DNA of 64,000 bases from Geopsychrobacteraceae bacterium. GTDB lineage: Bacteria; Desulfobacterota; Desulfuromonadia; Desulfuromonadales; Geopsychrobacteraceae. The stretch is taken from positions 928,001 to 992,000 of the forward strand of contig CAXXTB010000001.1 of assembly GCA_963676795.2 (NCBI GenBank). Reading direction: 5' to 3'. Below are positions 22,066 to 31,370 of this stretch, in pieces. The notes beneath the pieces are model-generated. The model was not told the origin of the DNA. It searched no databases and saw nothing but the letters and a program-made list of their open reading frames with translations. Made by a program: the position numbers and the translations under genes. Within the stretch, counting starts at the first letter, position 1; each line of letters starts with the position of its first letter.

Positions 22066-22293
22066 TCAGGTGAGTTTTTCCAGGCCGATAAAGCGCTGCT
22101 GTTCGTCGATACTGATTCTGAAGCGGCCGGAGATCCCGCTTCTGGTCAGAAAGGGGCGCAAGCGTGAGGCCGGAAAGCGCAGACGATTGCCGCATTCGGA
22201 CAGCACCTGGACGCTGCTGGCCGCGCCCTGGTAATAGCGCAGATACTGATCGGCGCTGATATTCAGCCTGAAGTTGTAGTGTTTCTGGGGCAT
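22066..22293 (-). CDS. DUF2835-like small protein
   Basis: YLRYYQG...LRFPASRLRPFLT..GISGRF pattern. Confidence 0.7.
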   Translation of the reverse strand: MPQKHYNFRLNISADQYLRYYQGAASSVQVLSECGNRLRFPASRLRPFLTRSGISGRFRISIDEQQRFIGLEKLT

Positions 22294-22346
22294 AATGGTT
22301 CCGGATCGGTTTTGGACAAGGACGAAACGACGGGGTAGATTATAGC

Positions 22347-22550
22347 ATGCTGGTTTATAAAGTTGTGGAAACAAGTCAGGTCGATGACCAGAGTATTGAA
22401 GATATTCTCAATGACTGGACGCGTCAGGGCTGGGTTTTTGAGGGGATGCACTTCGCCATGCGCGAAGCCAGCCGTCGCCCGGGGATGGCGTTCATCACCT
22501 TTACCCGGGAAGCGGAGTTTCCCGCTGAAAACGGCCCTTTTTCGTCGTAG
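22347..22550 (+). CDS. DUF4177-like small protein
   Basis: YKVVE...LNDWTRQGW...FTRE pattern. Confidence 0.7.
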   Translation: MLVYKVVETSQVDDQSIEDILNDWTRQGWVFEGMHFAMREASRRPGMAFITFTREAEFPAENGPFSS

Positions 22551-22690
22551 CGGCGTCGATCTGCGAAATAACTTGTGCGGCGTACCGGTGTACGCCTCCG
22601 CGTCATTTTTGATCTCCTTGCTACAACGAAAAATTGCTCGTTTTCATTCTGAAAACTGTATTGTTTGAAAGGCTCAGACGAATAGAACTA

Positions 22691-23656
22691 TCAGTAACTT
22701 AATCCGCCTTTTTTGCGCACCTTGCGCAGGGTCTTGTTGGCGACGTAGCGGGCCTTGTCGGCACCGTCGGCGAGGACCTTGCGCAGCTGCTCCTTGTCGG
22801 CCAGCAGGGCATTGCGCTTTTCGGCGTAGGGGGCGAAGAAGTCGCGGACCATTTCAAACAGTTCCTGTTTGACGTCGCCATAGCGCAGGCCGGGGGTCAG
22901 GTAGCGCTGACGCAGAGAGGCCTGGCCGGCCTCATCGAGGAACAGGCGGTAGATCTGGAACAGGTTGCAGTTGTCCGGATCTTTTGCTTCTTCGACCGGT
23001 GTCGCGTCGGTGACAATGCGCATGACCTGTTTGCGCAGCGCTTTTTCATCGAGGAACAGGTCGACGGTGTTGCCGTAGCTTTTGCTCATCTTGCGGCCGT
23101 CGAGTCCAGGAACCGTGGCGACATCGTCGTCGATCTCGGGATCGGGCAGGGTGAAGACGTCACCGTATTCGTTGTTGTATTTGATGGCGATATCGCGCGC
23201 GACCTCAAGGTGTTGCTTCTGGTCCTTGCCGACCGGGACTTTTTCGCTCTGAAAGAGCAGAATGTCCGCCGCCATCAGGACCGGGTAGGCAAACAGGCCG
23301 TGGTTCGGCTTGATCCCCTGGGCGACCTTGTCCTTGTAGCTGTGGCAGCGTTCCAGCAGCCCCATCGGGGTGAAGTTCGACAGGACCCAGGCGAGTTCCT
23401 GAACTTCCGGAACGTCGGACTGGACCCAGAAAGTGCTTTTCTCCGGGTCGAGGCCCAGCGCCAGGAAGTTGGCCGCCGCCTCCAGGGTACCGGTCGCCAG
23501 CGCCTTGCCATCGGTGACGCTGGTCATGGCGTGATAGTTGGCGATGAAGCAGAACAGCTCCTGCTGTTCCTGGTGCTCGATCATCTTCTTCATCATGCCG
23601 AAAAAATTGCCAAGGTGCAGGGCGCCGGATGGCTGAATGCCCGAAAGAATACGCAT
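22691..23656 (-). CDS. trpS: Tryptophan-tRNA ligase
   Basis: SGIQPSG.LHLGN, YPVLMAADIL, VPVGKDQ, KMSKS. Confidence 0.97.
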   Translation of the reverse strand: MRILSGIQPSGALHLGNFFGMMKKMIEHQEQQELFCFIANYHAMTSVTDGKALATGTLEAAANFLALGLDPEKSTFWVQSDVPEVQELAWVLSNFTPMGLLERCHSYKDKVAQGIKPNHGLFAYPVLMAADILLFQSEKVPVGKDQKQHLEVARDIAIKYNNEYGDVFTLPDPEIDDDVATVPGLDGRKMSKSYGNTVDLFLDEKALRKQVMRIVTDATPVEEAKDPDNCNLFQIYRLFLDEAGQASLRQRYLTPGLRYGDVKQELFEMVRDFFAPYAEKRNALLADKEQLRKVLADGADKARYVANKTLRKVRKKGGLSY

Positions 23657-23810
23657 TTTTCTTTTCTCCGTTGCTGATCGGTTTAAGAATCCGGGAGGGA
23701 TGTTTTTTCTCTTCGGATCCTTCGAAGCGGGCTCGAATCTAGCAGATCGCTTCGCTCAAGGTCAATCTTTTGCCCGCGTGGTGCGGCAGTTTTTGGAATG
23801 CAGGCAGGCT

Positions 23811-24713
23811 ATGTCGAAAGCTCTCCTTCTATTGAGTCTTCTCCTTCTGGTTGTTGCGGCGCAACTCTGGGCCTGGTCGCCACGCCTTGAGTCTCAGGCC
23901 CGCCTGCCGCATGCCAACTATCGGGGGGTGATCGGCGAAAACCGGGTCTATCTGGTCGGGGTTGGGGAGAGCCTGGTTGAAATCGCACACCGGAGCGGTC
24001 TTTCCTACCAGGGGCTGGTCCAGGCGAATCCTGATGTGCCGCCCTGGACCCCTGAACCGGGGACTCAGCTGACCTTGCCCTATGCGCTGTTGCTCCCGGA
24101 AGGGCTGCAGCCCGGCATCACGGTGAACCTGGCCGAATACCGGCTCTACCTGCTCTGGCAGCAGGGGGCTGATTATTTTATCCGCACCTATGCGATCGGC
24201 CTGGGGCAGGAGGGGTGGGAGAGTCCGCTGGGTGATTATCGGCTGACCAGTATTATCGAGAACCCGTCCTGGACGCGGCCGCCGGCACTCCGTCAGGAGG
24301 CCCCCGCTGCTCCGGTGATTGTTCCACCCGGCGAGGCGAATCCCCTCGGGCACTACTGGCTCGGACTTTCTTTGCCCGGTTACGGCATCCATGGAACCAA
24401 TCGCCCCTATGGCATCGGTCGCCGCGTCAGTCATGGCTGTATCCGGCTCTATGCGGCCGACATTGAAGACCTGGCCAGGCGGGTGGAGATCGGTATGCCG
24501 GTCCGCCTGATCTATCAACCGGTCAAGATTGGCTGGCAGGATGGTCGGGTACTGCTTGAGGTTCATCGGGACTACCTGGGCAAAGGAGGGCTGACTGCTG
24601 AGCAGGTCATGGCAAAATTGCAGTCAGAAGCCCCCGGGCAGAGGTTGAGTCTGGCTCTGATTGAAGACGAACTTTCAGCTGTACACGGAACGCCGCTCGT
24701 GGTGTCGGAATGA
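23811..24713 (+). CDS. L,D-transpeptidase (YkuD/ErfK family)
   Basis: Signal peptide; GIHGTN...SHGCIRL catalytic motif. Confidence 0.92.
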   Translation: MSKALLLLSLLLLVVAAQLWAWSPRLESQARLPHANYRGVIGENRVYLVGVGESLVEIAHRSGLSYQGLVQANPDVPPWTPEPGTQLTLPYALLLPEGLQPGITVNLAEYRLYLLWQQGADYFIRTYAIGLGQEGWESPLGDYRLTSIIENPSWTRPPALRQEAPAAPVIVPPGEANPLGHYWLGLSLPGYGIHGTNRPYGIGRRVSHGCIRLYAADIEDLARRVEIGMPVRLIYQPVKIGWQDGRVLLEVHRDYLGKGGLTAEQVMAKLQSEAPGQRLSLALIEDELSAVHGTPLVVSE

Positions 24714-24826
24714 TCCACAAGGGACTCTTCGCTTGACTGGGAATGGAAGTCCAATATAATAAACAGATATTAATCTCTTGGCTTGCATGTTATCCAATTC
24801 TCTGACAACAGGTTGGCACAAGACGA

Positions 24827-27394
24827 ATGGACAAATCTTCCAACATCTATTCTCTGATCTACCGCAGCTACCTGGTCAGTGCGCTGATTCCGATCATCGT
24901 CATTGAGGTTGTGCTGCTGCTGCTCTATTTTGGCGTCAACCTCTATATCTCTTCACGTAACGAACAGTTACTGCTCACCGAAGCGGTCAATGAAATTCAT
25001 GAGATTACCGCCCGCGAAGTCGCCAATATCGATATCCGTCTGAACGAGATCTCCCGCCTTGCCCTGATCATGCAGGACGATCATCAGCGGTTTTTTGCCG
25101 GCATGACAGGTTGTGCTCTGCCCCAGGGTGAGCCGGTTTTTGCGACTCACGACAATGGTGCCTATTTCAAGGTCAAGGATAATGGCGGCGCTTCTCTGTA
25201 CTATGCCAGTAGCACCTCTATCGGAGAAGATGAACGCACTAAAGCCCGCTGCAGCGAGGTGCTTGATCCGCTGTTGAAGTCGATTGTGCGCAATAACCCT
25301 CTGGTCACCCAGGCCTATCTGAATACCGCCGATGATATGAACCGACTCTACCCCTTCATGCCAGATGCACCAGGTCAGTACGGGGCATCGATCAACATGG
25401 AGGATTTCAATTTTTATTATCTGGCAGATGCAGCGCGTAATCCGGCCCGTACCCCGGTCTGGACCGGTGCCTATCTCGATCCGGCCGGTCAGGGGTGGAT
25501 GATCTCGGCGATCGTGCCGATTTATCGCGGTACGACCCTCGAAGGGGTGAGTGGCCTGGACGTCACCATCGGTTCCTTTGTCGACAAGATTCTCAATCTG
25601 CAGATGCCCTGGCAGGCCAGTGCCATGCTGGTGGATGGCGAAGGGATGATCCTGGCCATGCCGCAGACTCTGGAACAACTGATCGGGGTGCACGAACTCA
25701 AAGATCACGTCTATGCGGAAAATATCAAAACCACCGTGGCAAAACCGCAGGAGTTCAACCTGCTCAGCCTGGGCGATGAGCGGACGCAGGCCCAGTTCAG
25801 GACGCAGTTTGAACAGACCCAGGGGCTGGCGACCTACCGCTTTGAGGGGGTTGATTACCTGGTCCGCCAGGAACAGGTCGCTGAGACAGGCTGGCGGCTT
25901 TTGACCTTTATCGAGAAGGACCGGGTCTTAAGCCCCGTAATCAGTCTGAAGGCACTCAGTAGCCGCCTGGGTTACGCGGCGATCCTGGTCATGGTCCTCT
26001 TCTATGTGCTGTTCTTCCTCTACCTGATGCGCAAGTCACGCAAGTTGTCCGCGACGATCTCCGCACCGCTCGAAACCCTGACCCAGGTGACTCAGGATCT
26101 TGGTAAAAATCTCCAGGTTGAAACGCTGGAACCGGTCGGAATCCGTGAGATAGACAGGCTCAGCAGGAATTTCAACCGTATGAAGCACGCTCTCGACATG
26201 CGCGCCGATGCCCTGGTTCTGGCCAAACAGACCGCCGAGCAGGCCAACAGCGTCAAGAGCCAGTTTATTGCAACGGTCAGTCATGAACTCAGAACGCCGT
26301 TGAACGCAATCTTTGGTCTGACGCACCTTGGGCTCAAACACGAACCGTCGAGTCGCCAGCGTGAGTACCTGGAAAAAATCGAGTCGTCGAGCAATCTGCT
26401 TCTGCAGCTGATCAATAACATCCTCGATTTTTCCAAGATTGAAGCGGACAAGATGGTTCTGGAACGCTCTCCTTTCAATCTGGATGAAGTGGTCCAGCAG
26501 TTTGCCAGCATGGTCGGTGAGCTGATCGGCGACAAGGAGATCCGCTTGCTGCTCGATGTGCCTGAAAGCGTGCCGCGCCACCTGCTTGGCGACTCTTTAC
26601 GGATCAGTCAAATTCTGCTCAATTACGGGAGTAACGCGGTGAAGTTTACCGAGCGGGGGGAGATCGTTCTCAAGCTCGAAGTGCAGGACCGGATGGACGA
26701 CAAGGTTGTTCTTTATGGAGAGGTCAGGGATACCGGACTCGGGATAGCTGCAGAGCAGCAGTCGTTGCTGTTTGAATCTTTTCAGCAGCTCGACATGTCG
26801 TCAACGCGCAGTTACGGCGGGACCGGGCTTGGCCTGGCGATCTGTAAAAGCCTGGCTGAACTGATGGGGGGCAGGGTCGGTGTCGAGAGTCGCCCGGGGG
26901 AAGGCAGCCGCTTCTGGTTTACTGCTCAGGTTGGTCTCCTGGAGGGCGAAGAAGAGGGGCTGGCCACGGCCGGGACAACCAGTGACTTGAGTTTCCGGTT
27001 ATTGCGCAATGTCATCGAGGATCGCGGCGGGGCAAGTATTCTGGTCGTTGAGGATAATGAGATCAACCGGGACGTGGCGCAGGCCCTGTTGGAAGAAGCC
27101 GGTATCTGTGTGACCCTGGCGGAAAATGGTGAAATTGCCCTGCAGCGGCTTTCTGAGGGGGAGTTTGACCTGATCCTGACTGATGTGCAGATGCCGGTGA
27201 TGGATGGTATTACGGCTACGGAAAAGATCCGTCACGATCTGAACAACAAGTCGATTCCGATTATCGCCATGACCGCCAATACCTCCCCCTTTGACAAGAA
27301 TGAATGTCTGGCGGCGGGGATGAACGGTTTCGTCGACAAGCCCCTCAAGCCGCAGCGGCTCTGGGGGATTCTGCTCGACTGGCTGGATTATTAG
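24827..27394 (+). CDS. Hybrid sensor histidine kinase (Cache, HAMP, HisKA, HATPase, REC)
   Basis: WTGAYLD Cache motif, [16 protein letters not shown], receiver LTDVQMP. Confidence 0.93.
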   Translation: MDKSSNIYSLIYRSYLVSALIPIIVIEVVLLLLYFGVNLYISSRNEQLLLTEAVNEIHEITAREVANIDIRLNEISRLALIMQDDHQRFFAGMTGCALPQGEPVFATHDNGAYFKVKDNGGASLYYASSTSIGEDERTKARCSEVLDPLLKSIVRNNPLVTQAYLNTADDMNRLYPFMPDAPGQYGASINMEDFNFYYLADAARNPARTPVWTGAYLDPAGQGWMISAIVPIYRGTTLEGVSGLDVTIGSFVDKILNLQMPWQASAMLVDGEGMILAMPQTLEQLIGVHELKDHVYAENIKTTVAKPQEFNLLSLGDERTQAQFRTQFEQTQGLATYRFEGVDYLVRQEQVAETGWRLLTFIEKDRVLSPVISLKALSSRLGYAAILVMVLFYVLFFLYLMRKSRKLSATISAPLETLTQVTQDLGKNLQVETLEPVGIREIDRLSRNFNRMKHALDMRADALVLAKQTAEQANSVKSQFIATVSHELRTPLNAIFGLTHLGLKHEPSSRQREYLEKIESSSNLLLQLINNILDFSKIEADKMVLERSPFNLDEVVQQFASMVGELIGDKEIRLLLDVPESVPRHLLGDSLRISQILLNYGSNAVKFTERGEIVLKLEVQDRMDDKVVLYGEVRDTGLGIAAEQQSLLFESFQQLDMSSTRSYGGTGLGLAICKSLAELMGGRVGVESRPGEGSRFWFTAQVGLLEGEEEGLATAGTTSDLSFRLLRNVIEDRGGASILVVEDNEINRDVAQALLEEAGICVTLAENGEIALQRLSEGEFDLILTDVQMPVMDGITATEKIRHDLNNKSIPIIAMTANTSPFDKNECLAAGMNGFVDKPLKPQRLWGILLDWLDY

Positions 27395-27464
27395 TTCGGC
27401 GCTTAAGCGCCATTCCGTGTTGACCCGTTCAGAACAGAAAATCACAGCTTGTTTCAATCTCTTT

Positions 27465-27820
27465 CATCAAAACTCCGCGATGCGGAGTTTGTGCGGTTCT
27501 GCCCGTGTGATGAGCTTGCTCATCGCAGGGCGCGTGGTCAGGCGCCCTGCGGGGGCAAGACCCCGTGGTTTTGATCTTAAATAACAGCATGAACAAACAT
27601 CAAAATCAGAACCGGCGGGTCCCGGCCCGCCAGCCGGGTTCATTTTCTTTGTGGCGACAAAGAAAACGGAACCAAAAGAAAGCGCTTCAAATACGCTGAG
27701 GTAGTTTGTTTCTGAGGCTTTTCGCAGTCTTGGGGTTGCTATTCTCTACTCGCTCAGACGAGTCGCTATGCGCCTCTGATTCGCGCAATCGCAATGCCGG
27801 TTCCCGGCATGATGAGCTTG
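27465..27820. repeat. Multi-hairpin intergenic element (probable multicopy palindromic repeat)
   Basis: Successive stems aactccgc/gcggagtt, gcagggcgc/gcgccctgc, ggcggg/cccgcc, ttttctttgt/acaaagaaaa, atgccgg/ccggcat. Confidence 0.5.
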
Positions 27821-27821
27821 G

Positions 27822-27862
27822 AACGTAAAACGCCCGACCAGAATGGTCGGGCGTTTTACGTT
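27822..27862. terminator. Bidirectional terminator
   Basis: Perfect 19-bp arms aacgtaaaacgcccgacca-gaa-tggtcgggcgttttacgtt. Confidence 0.8.
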
Positions 27863-27883
27863 TATATGCATTGATGAAGCGGG

Positions 27884-28198
27884 TTACTTCTGTTGGCTCA
27901 GTTCGAAAGCCTTGGCAGATTTTGCTGCGCTTTCTTCTGCTGCTCTGGCGGCCGCTTCAGCACGCGCAGCTGCGGCTTCGGCCTGTTTGGCGGCCGCTTC
28001 AGCGCGGTCGATAGCCGACATCGCCTGTTGTGCGGAATTGGCTGCACTTGTTGCTGAGGCTTCAGCCTGCTGGCTGGCCTGCAGCGCCTGGTCCAGTTTG
28101 GTCTGATCTGCCTCGTTCAGGGTTGCGGTCGATGCACAACCGGCAAGAAAGAGCAGTCCCAGTCCGGCGCTCGCGATCAGTATTTTTGTCGTTTTCAT
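27884..28198 (-). CDS. Lpp/OprI-like alanine-zipper lipoprotein
   Basis: Lipobox LAGC, Ala-rich heptads, C-terminal Lys; AAGGAGG RBS. Confidence 0.85.
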   Translation of the reverse strand: MKTTKILIASAGLGLLFLAGCASTATLNEADQTKLDQALQASQQAEASATSAANSAQQAMSAIDRAEAAAKQAEAAAARAEAAARAAEESAAKSAKAFELSQQK

Positions 28199-28283
28199 TT
28201 GTCCTCCTTGGTCATTTGGTTATTGGTCGCATAGTAAATAGAGATATCAGCAAATCCGCCGATGTCAACCGCGGCCAGTCCTG

Positions 28284-28502
28284 CTACTGATTCTGCTGCA
28301 TCATGCTGGCAAGTTGCAAGAGCTGCTGCAGGTCCATACCACTCTGTTTGAGGATGCCCAGCAGCACGGGGAACAGCTGGAGCATGAAGCCCGGTTCCTT
28401 GATCAGGTCTTTGCTCAATTCCGGCAGTGTGCCCAGCACAAAGGCTTTTTTCTCTTCCATACTCAAGGCGAGCAGGGCCGCCTTTATCTCTTCAACTGTC
28501 AT
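28284..28502 (-). CDS. Small hypothetical protein (72 aa)
   Basis: AAGGAGG RBS; MTVEEIKAALL...; directly downstream of lon. Confidence 0.7.
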   Translation of the reverse strand: MTVEEIKAALLALSMEEKKAFVLGTLPELSKDLIKEPGFMLQLFPVLLGILKQSGMDLQQLLQLASMMQQNQ

Positions 28503-28518
28503 TGATCCCTCCTTATGT

Positions 28519-30954
28519 TCAGGCTTTCGCCGGAAAGGCAATTTTAAAGACTTCAGGATATTTTTTAACGAAATGCACATCGATCCCTTCCCTCAGGTAG
28601 TCCGGCAGATCGTCGTAGTCCTTTTTGTTTTCATAAGGGAAGATCAGGGTCGTCAGCCCGGCCCGGCGGGCGGCAATGGTCTTCTCCTTGACGCCGCCGA
28701 TCGGCAGCACGCTGCCGGTCAACGACAGTTCGCCGGTCATGCCGAGTTTCTTGAGGATCGGGCGCTCAAGGATCATCGACAGCAGGGCCGTGGTCATGGT
28801 GATTCCGGCAGACGGGCCGTCCTTCGGTGTTGCCCCGGCCGGAACGTGCAGGTGGATGAAGTGAGTGTCGAAGTAATCTTCATCGATCTTGTAGTCCTGC
28901 AGGTGGCCCATGACGTAGGAATAGGCGATCTCGGAGCTTTCGACCATAACCTTGCCAAGTTGGCCGGTCTGCTTGAAGCCTTTGCCCTTGCTCTTCATCG
29001 CGGTCGCCTCGATCTGCAGGGTCGCTCCGCCCATGCGCGTCCAGGCCAGTCCGGTGACAACCCCCGGAGCATCGCTTAACAGCTCCTCCTCGGCGAAGAT
29101 CGGTTTGCCGAGGTAATGCTCGACATCCTTCTTGCCGACGGTGATCTTTTCGGTCCGGCCTTCGGCAAACTCACGGGCGGCACGGCGCATGATCTTCTTG
29201 ATCATGTTATCCAGGTTGCGGACCCCGGCCTCACGGGCGTAGCGGTCGATGATGTCGGCCAGGGCGGCTTTGTGGATGCTGATTTGATCGCGGCTCAGGC
29301 CGTGATTCTCGAGCGCTTTGGGCACCAAGTAACGGCGGGCGATCTCTAGCTTCTCCTCGAGGATATAGCCGGACAGGCGGATCACCTCCATCCGGTCGAG
29401 CAACGGGGCCGGGATGGTGTCGAGCTGGTTGGCCGTGGCGATGAACAGGACGTTCGACAGGTCGAAGGGAACATCCAGGTAGTGGTCACGGAAGGCGCCG
29501 TTCTGTTCCGGGTCGAGAACCTCGAGCAGCGCCGAGGCCGGATCGCCCTGAAAGGAGGCCCCGATCTTGTCGATTTCGTCAAGCATCAGGACCGGGTTTG
29601 CGGTGCCGGCACTCTTCATCGCCTGGATCGCTTTGCCCGGCATGGCGCCGATGTAGGTGCGGCGATGGCCTTTGATTTCGGCCTCGTCACGCATGCCACC
29701 GACCGAGAAACGGTAGAATTTGCGCTTTAAGGCATCGGCGATGCTCTTGCCGATTGAGGTCTTGCCGACCCCCGGAGGGCCGACCAGGCAGAGGATCGAA
29801 CCGGAGATGTCGCCCTTCATCTTGCCGACGGCGATAAATTCGAGGATGCGATCCTTGACGTCCTCCAGACCGTAGTGGTCACGGTCGAGAACCCGCTTGG
29901 CCCGCTTCAGGTCGTAAGAGTCCTTGCTGAACTTGCCCCAGGGCAGGATGGTCAGCCAGTCGAGGTAGTTGCGGCTGACATTGTATTCCGGTGAGGAAGG
30001 TTCGATCAGCGACAGCTTCTCGATCTCCTCGTCGACCGCTTTCTGGGCTTCGTCGTTGAGGGTCAGTTTTTTCAGGCGCTGCTGGTATTTTTCGATCTCC
30101 GATTCTTTCCCCTCTTTTTCCAGCCCCAGTTCGCGCTTGATCGCCTTGAACTGTTCGCGCAAGAAAAATTCGCGCTGCTGGTTGGAGACCTTTTCCTCGA
30201 TCTGCTGGGAAATCTTGGTCTGCAGGCGCGAAACCTCCAGCTCTTTCTTGAGCAGCACCAGGACCTTGTCGATACGCCGGTGGACATCGAAGGTCTCCAG
30301 GACATCCTGCAGTTCGAAGCCGTCGGCATTGGTCAGGTTGGCAGCGAAGTCGGTCAGGCGGGCCGGGTCGTCCATGCTCGAACGGCCGAGGAACAGCTTG
30401 ATCTCTTCCGAATAGAGCGGGTTGATCTGGACCAGCTCCTTGAGGGTCGAAATGATCGCCATCGAATAGGCCTGCAATTCCGCATCGTCACGTGATTCAG
30501 CGGTCAGCAGATAGGCGACATCGGCGTAGATGATGTCGTTGATGTTGTGGATCTCTTCGATACTGAAGCGCTCGAGGCTGTTAACCAGGATATGGGCGCT
30601 CTTCTCATCGGTGTGGATCAGCTTGAGGATCTTGGCCGCGACACCGACCGGTTGCAGGTTGGTGGTTGAATCGTCGGCGTGGAGATCCTGGACCATGACC
30701 AGACCGATCGACTGAGATTCGGTTTCCATCGCCTGCTTGATGGTTTTCACCCGCGCTGCACCGGTGACGGTCAACGGAATGATGACCCCCGGGAAGGCCG
30801 GGCGGGGGCGCAGCGGAATGATCGGCAGGCGCGACGGCAGCATGTCGCGGGCCAGAACCAGACCGTCATCCGGCACGGCGTGGACATCGGCATCGGTTTC
30901 AACTTCTATTTCGTATTCGATGGATTCATCGTGATCTTCAAAATTATCGTGCAT
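28519..30954 (-). CDS. lon: Lon protease
   Basis: GPPGVGKT, HRRTYIGAMPG, PKDGPSAG, GGVKEK. Confidence 0.97.
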   Translation of the reverse strand: MHDNFEDHDESIEYEIEVETDADVHAVPDDGLVLARDMLPSRLPIIPLRPRPAFPGVIIPLTVTGAARVKTIKQAMETESQSIGLVMVQDLHADDSTTNLQPVGVAAKILKLIHTDEKSAHILVNSLERFSIEEIHNINDIIYADVAYLLTAESRDDAELQAYSMAIISTLKELVQINPLYSEEIKLFLGRSSMDDPARLTDFAANLTNADGFELQDVLETFDVHRRIDKVLVLLKKELEVSRLQTKISQQIEEKVSNQQREFFLREQFKAIKRELGLEKEGKESEIEKYQQRLKKLTLNDEAQKAVDEEIEKLSLIEPSSPEYNVSRNYLDWLTILPWGKFSKDSYDLKRAKRVLDRDHYGLEDVKDRILEFIAVGKMKGDISGSILCLVGPPGVGKTSIGKSIADALKRKFYRFSVGGMRDEAEIKGHRRTYIGAMPGKAIQAMKSAGTANPVLMLDEIDKIGASFQGDPASALLEVLDPEQNGAFRDHYLDVPFDLSNVLFIATANQLDTIPAPLLDRMEVIRLSGYILEEKLEIARRYLVPKALENHGLSRDQISIHKAALADIIDRYAREAGVRNLDNMIKKIMRRAAREFAEGRTEKITVGKKDVEHYLGKPIFAEEELLSDAPGVVTGLAWTRMGGATLQIEATAMKSKGKGFKQTGQLGKVMVESSEIAYSYVMGHLQDYKIDEDYFDTHFIHLHVPAGATPKDGPSAGITMTTALLSMILERPILKKLGMTGELSLTGSVLPIGGVKEKTIAARRAGLTTLIFPYENKKDYDDLPDYLREGIDVHFVKKYPEVFKIAFPAKA

Positions 30955-31177
30955 GAAAGCTACTCCATTGAGATTGCTGGAAAACTGGTTTTGGAGCTGG
31001 GCGAATATCGCTTATGGTTGAAATTACTAGTAACCCTTTTTTCTTGTCAAGATAACATACTTTGCAAAAACTGCGCAGCGTTCGCTTGCGACTTTCCCTT
31101 TGAGGGAGGCTGTGGAATAATCGAGCTGCCTCAGTTGGTGGTTTTGCTTCAGGTAAAGAGCTAACCTCGACTCTGAT

Positions 31178-31280
31178 TCCTTCTCTCTGGGGGAGAAGGT
31201 GCCCCAAAGGGGCGGATGAGGGGGCTTGGCCGCTGGAGTTTTCCCCCTCACCCTGGCCCGCTCCCTCCAGGGAGAGGGGA
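31178..31280. repeat. Inverted pair of BoxC-like palindromic repeats
   Basis: ccttctctctgggggagaagg...gatgaggggg (31178-31224) and ccccctcaccctggcccgctccctccagggagagggga (31243-31280). Confidence 0.65.
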
Positions 31281-31370
31281 CGGCTTGGCTTGTCAGTAAT
31301 TTTGATGTTTTGCCCGGACCTATGTATTTTTGATACATAGGCTGGTTTATTTTCCTGCGAAAGGGTCCTC

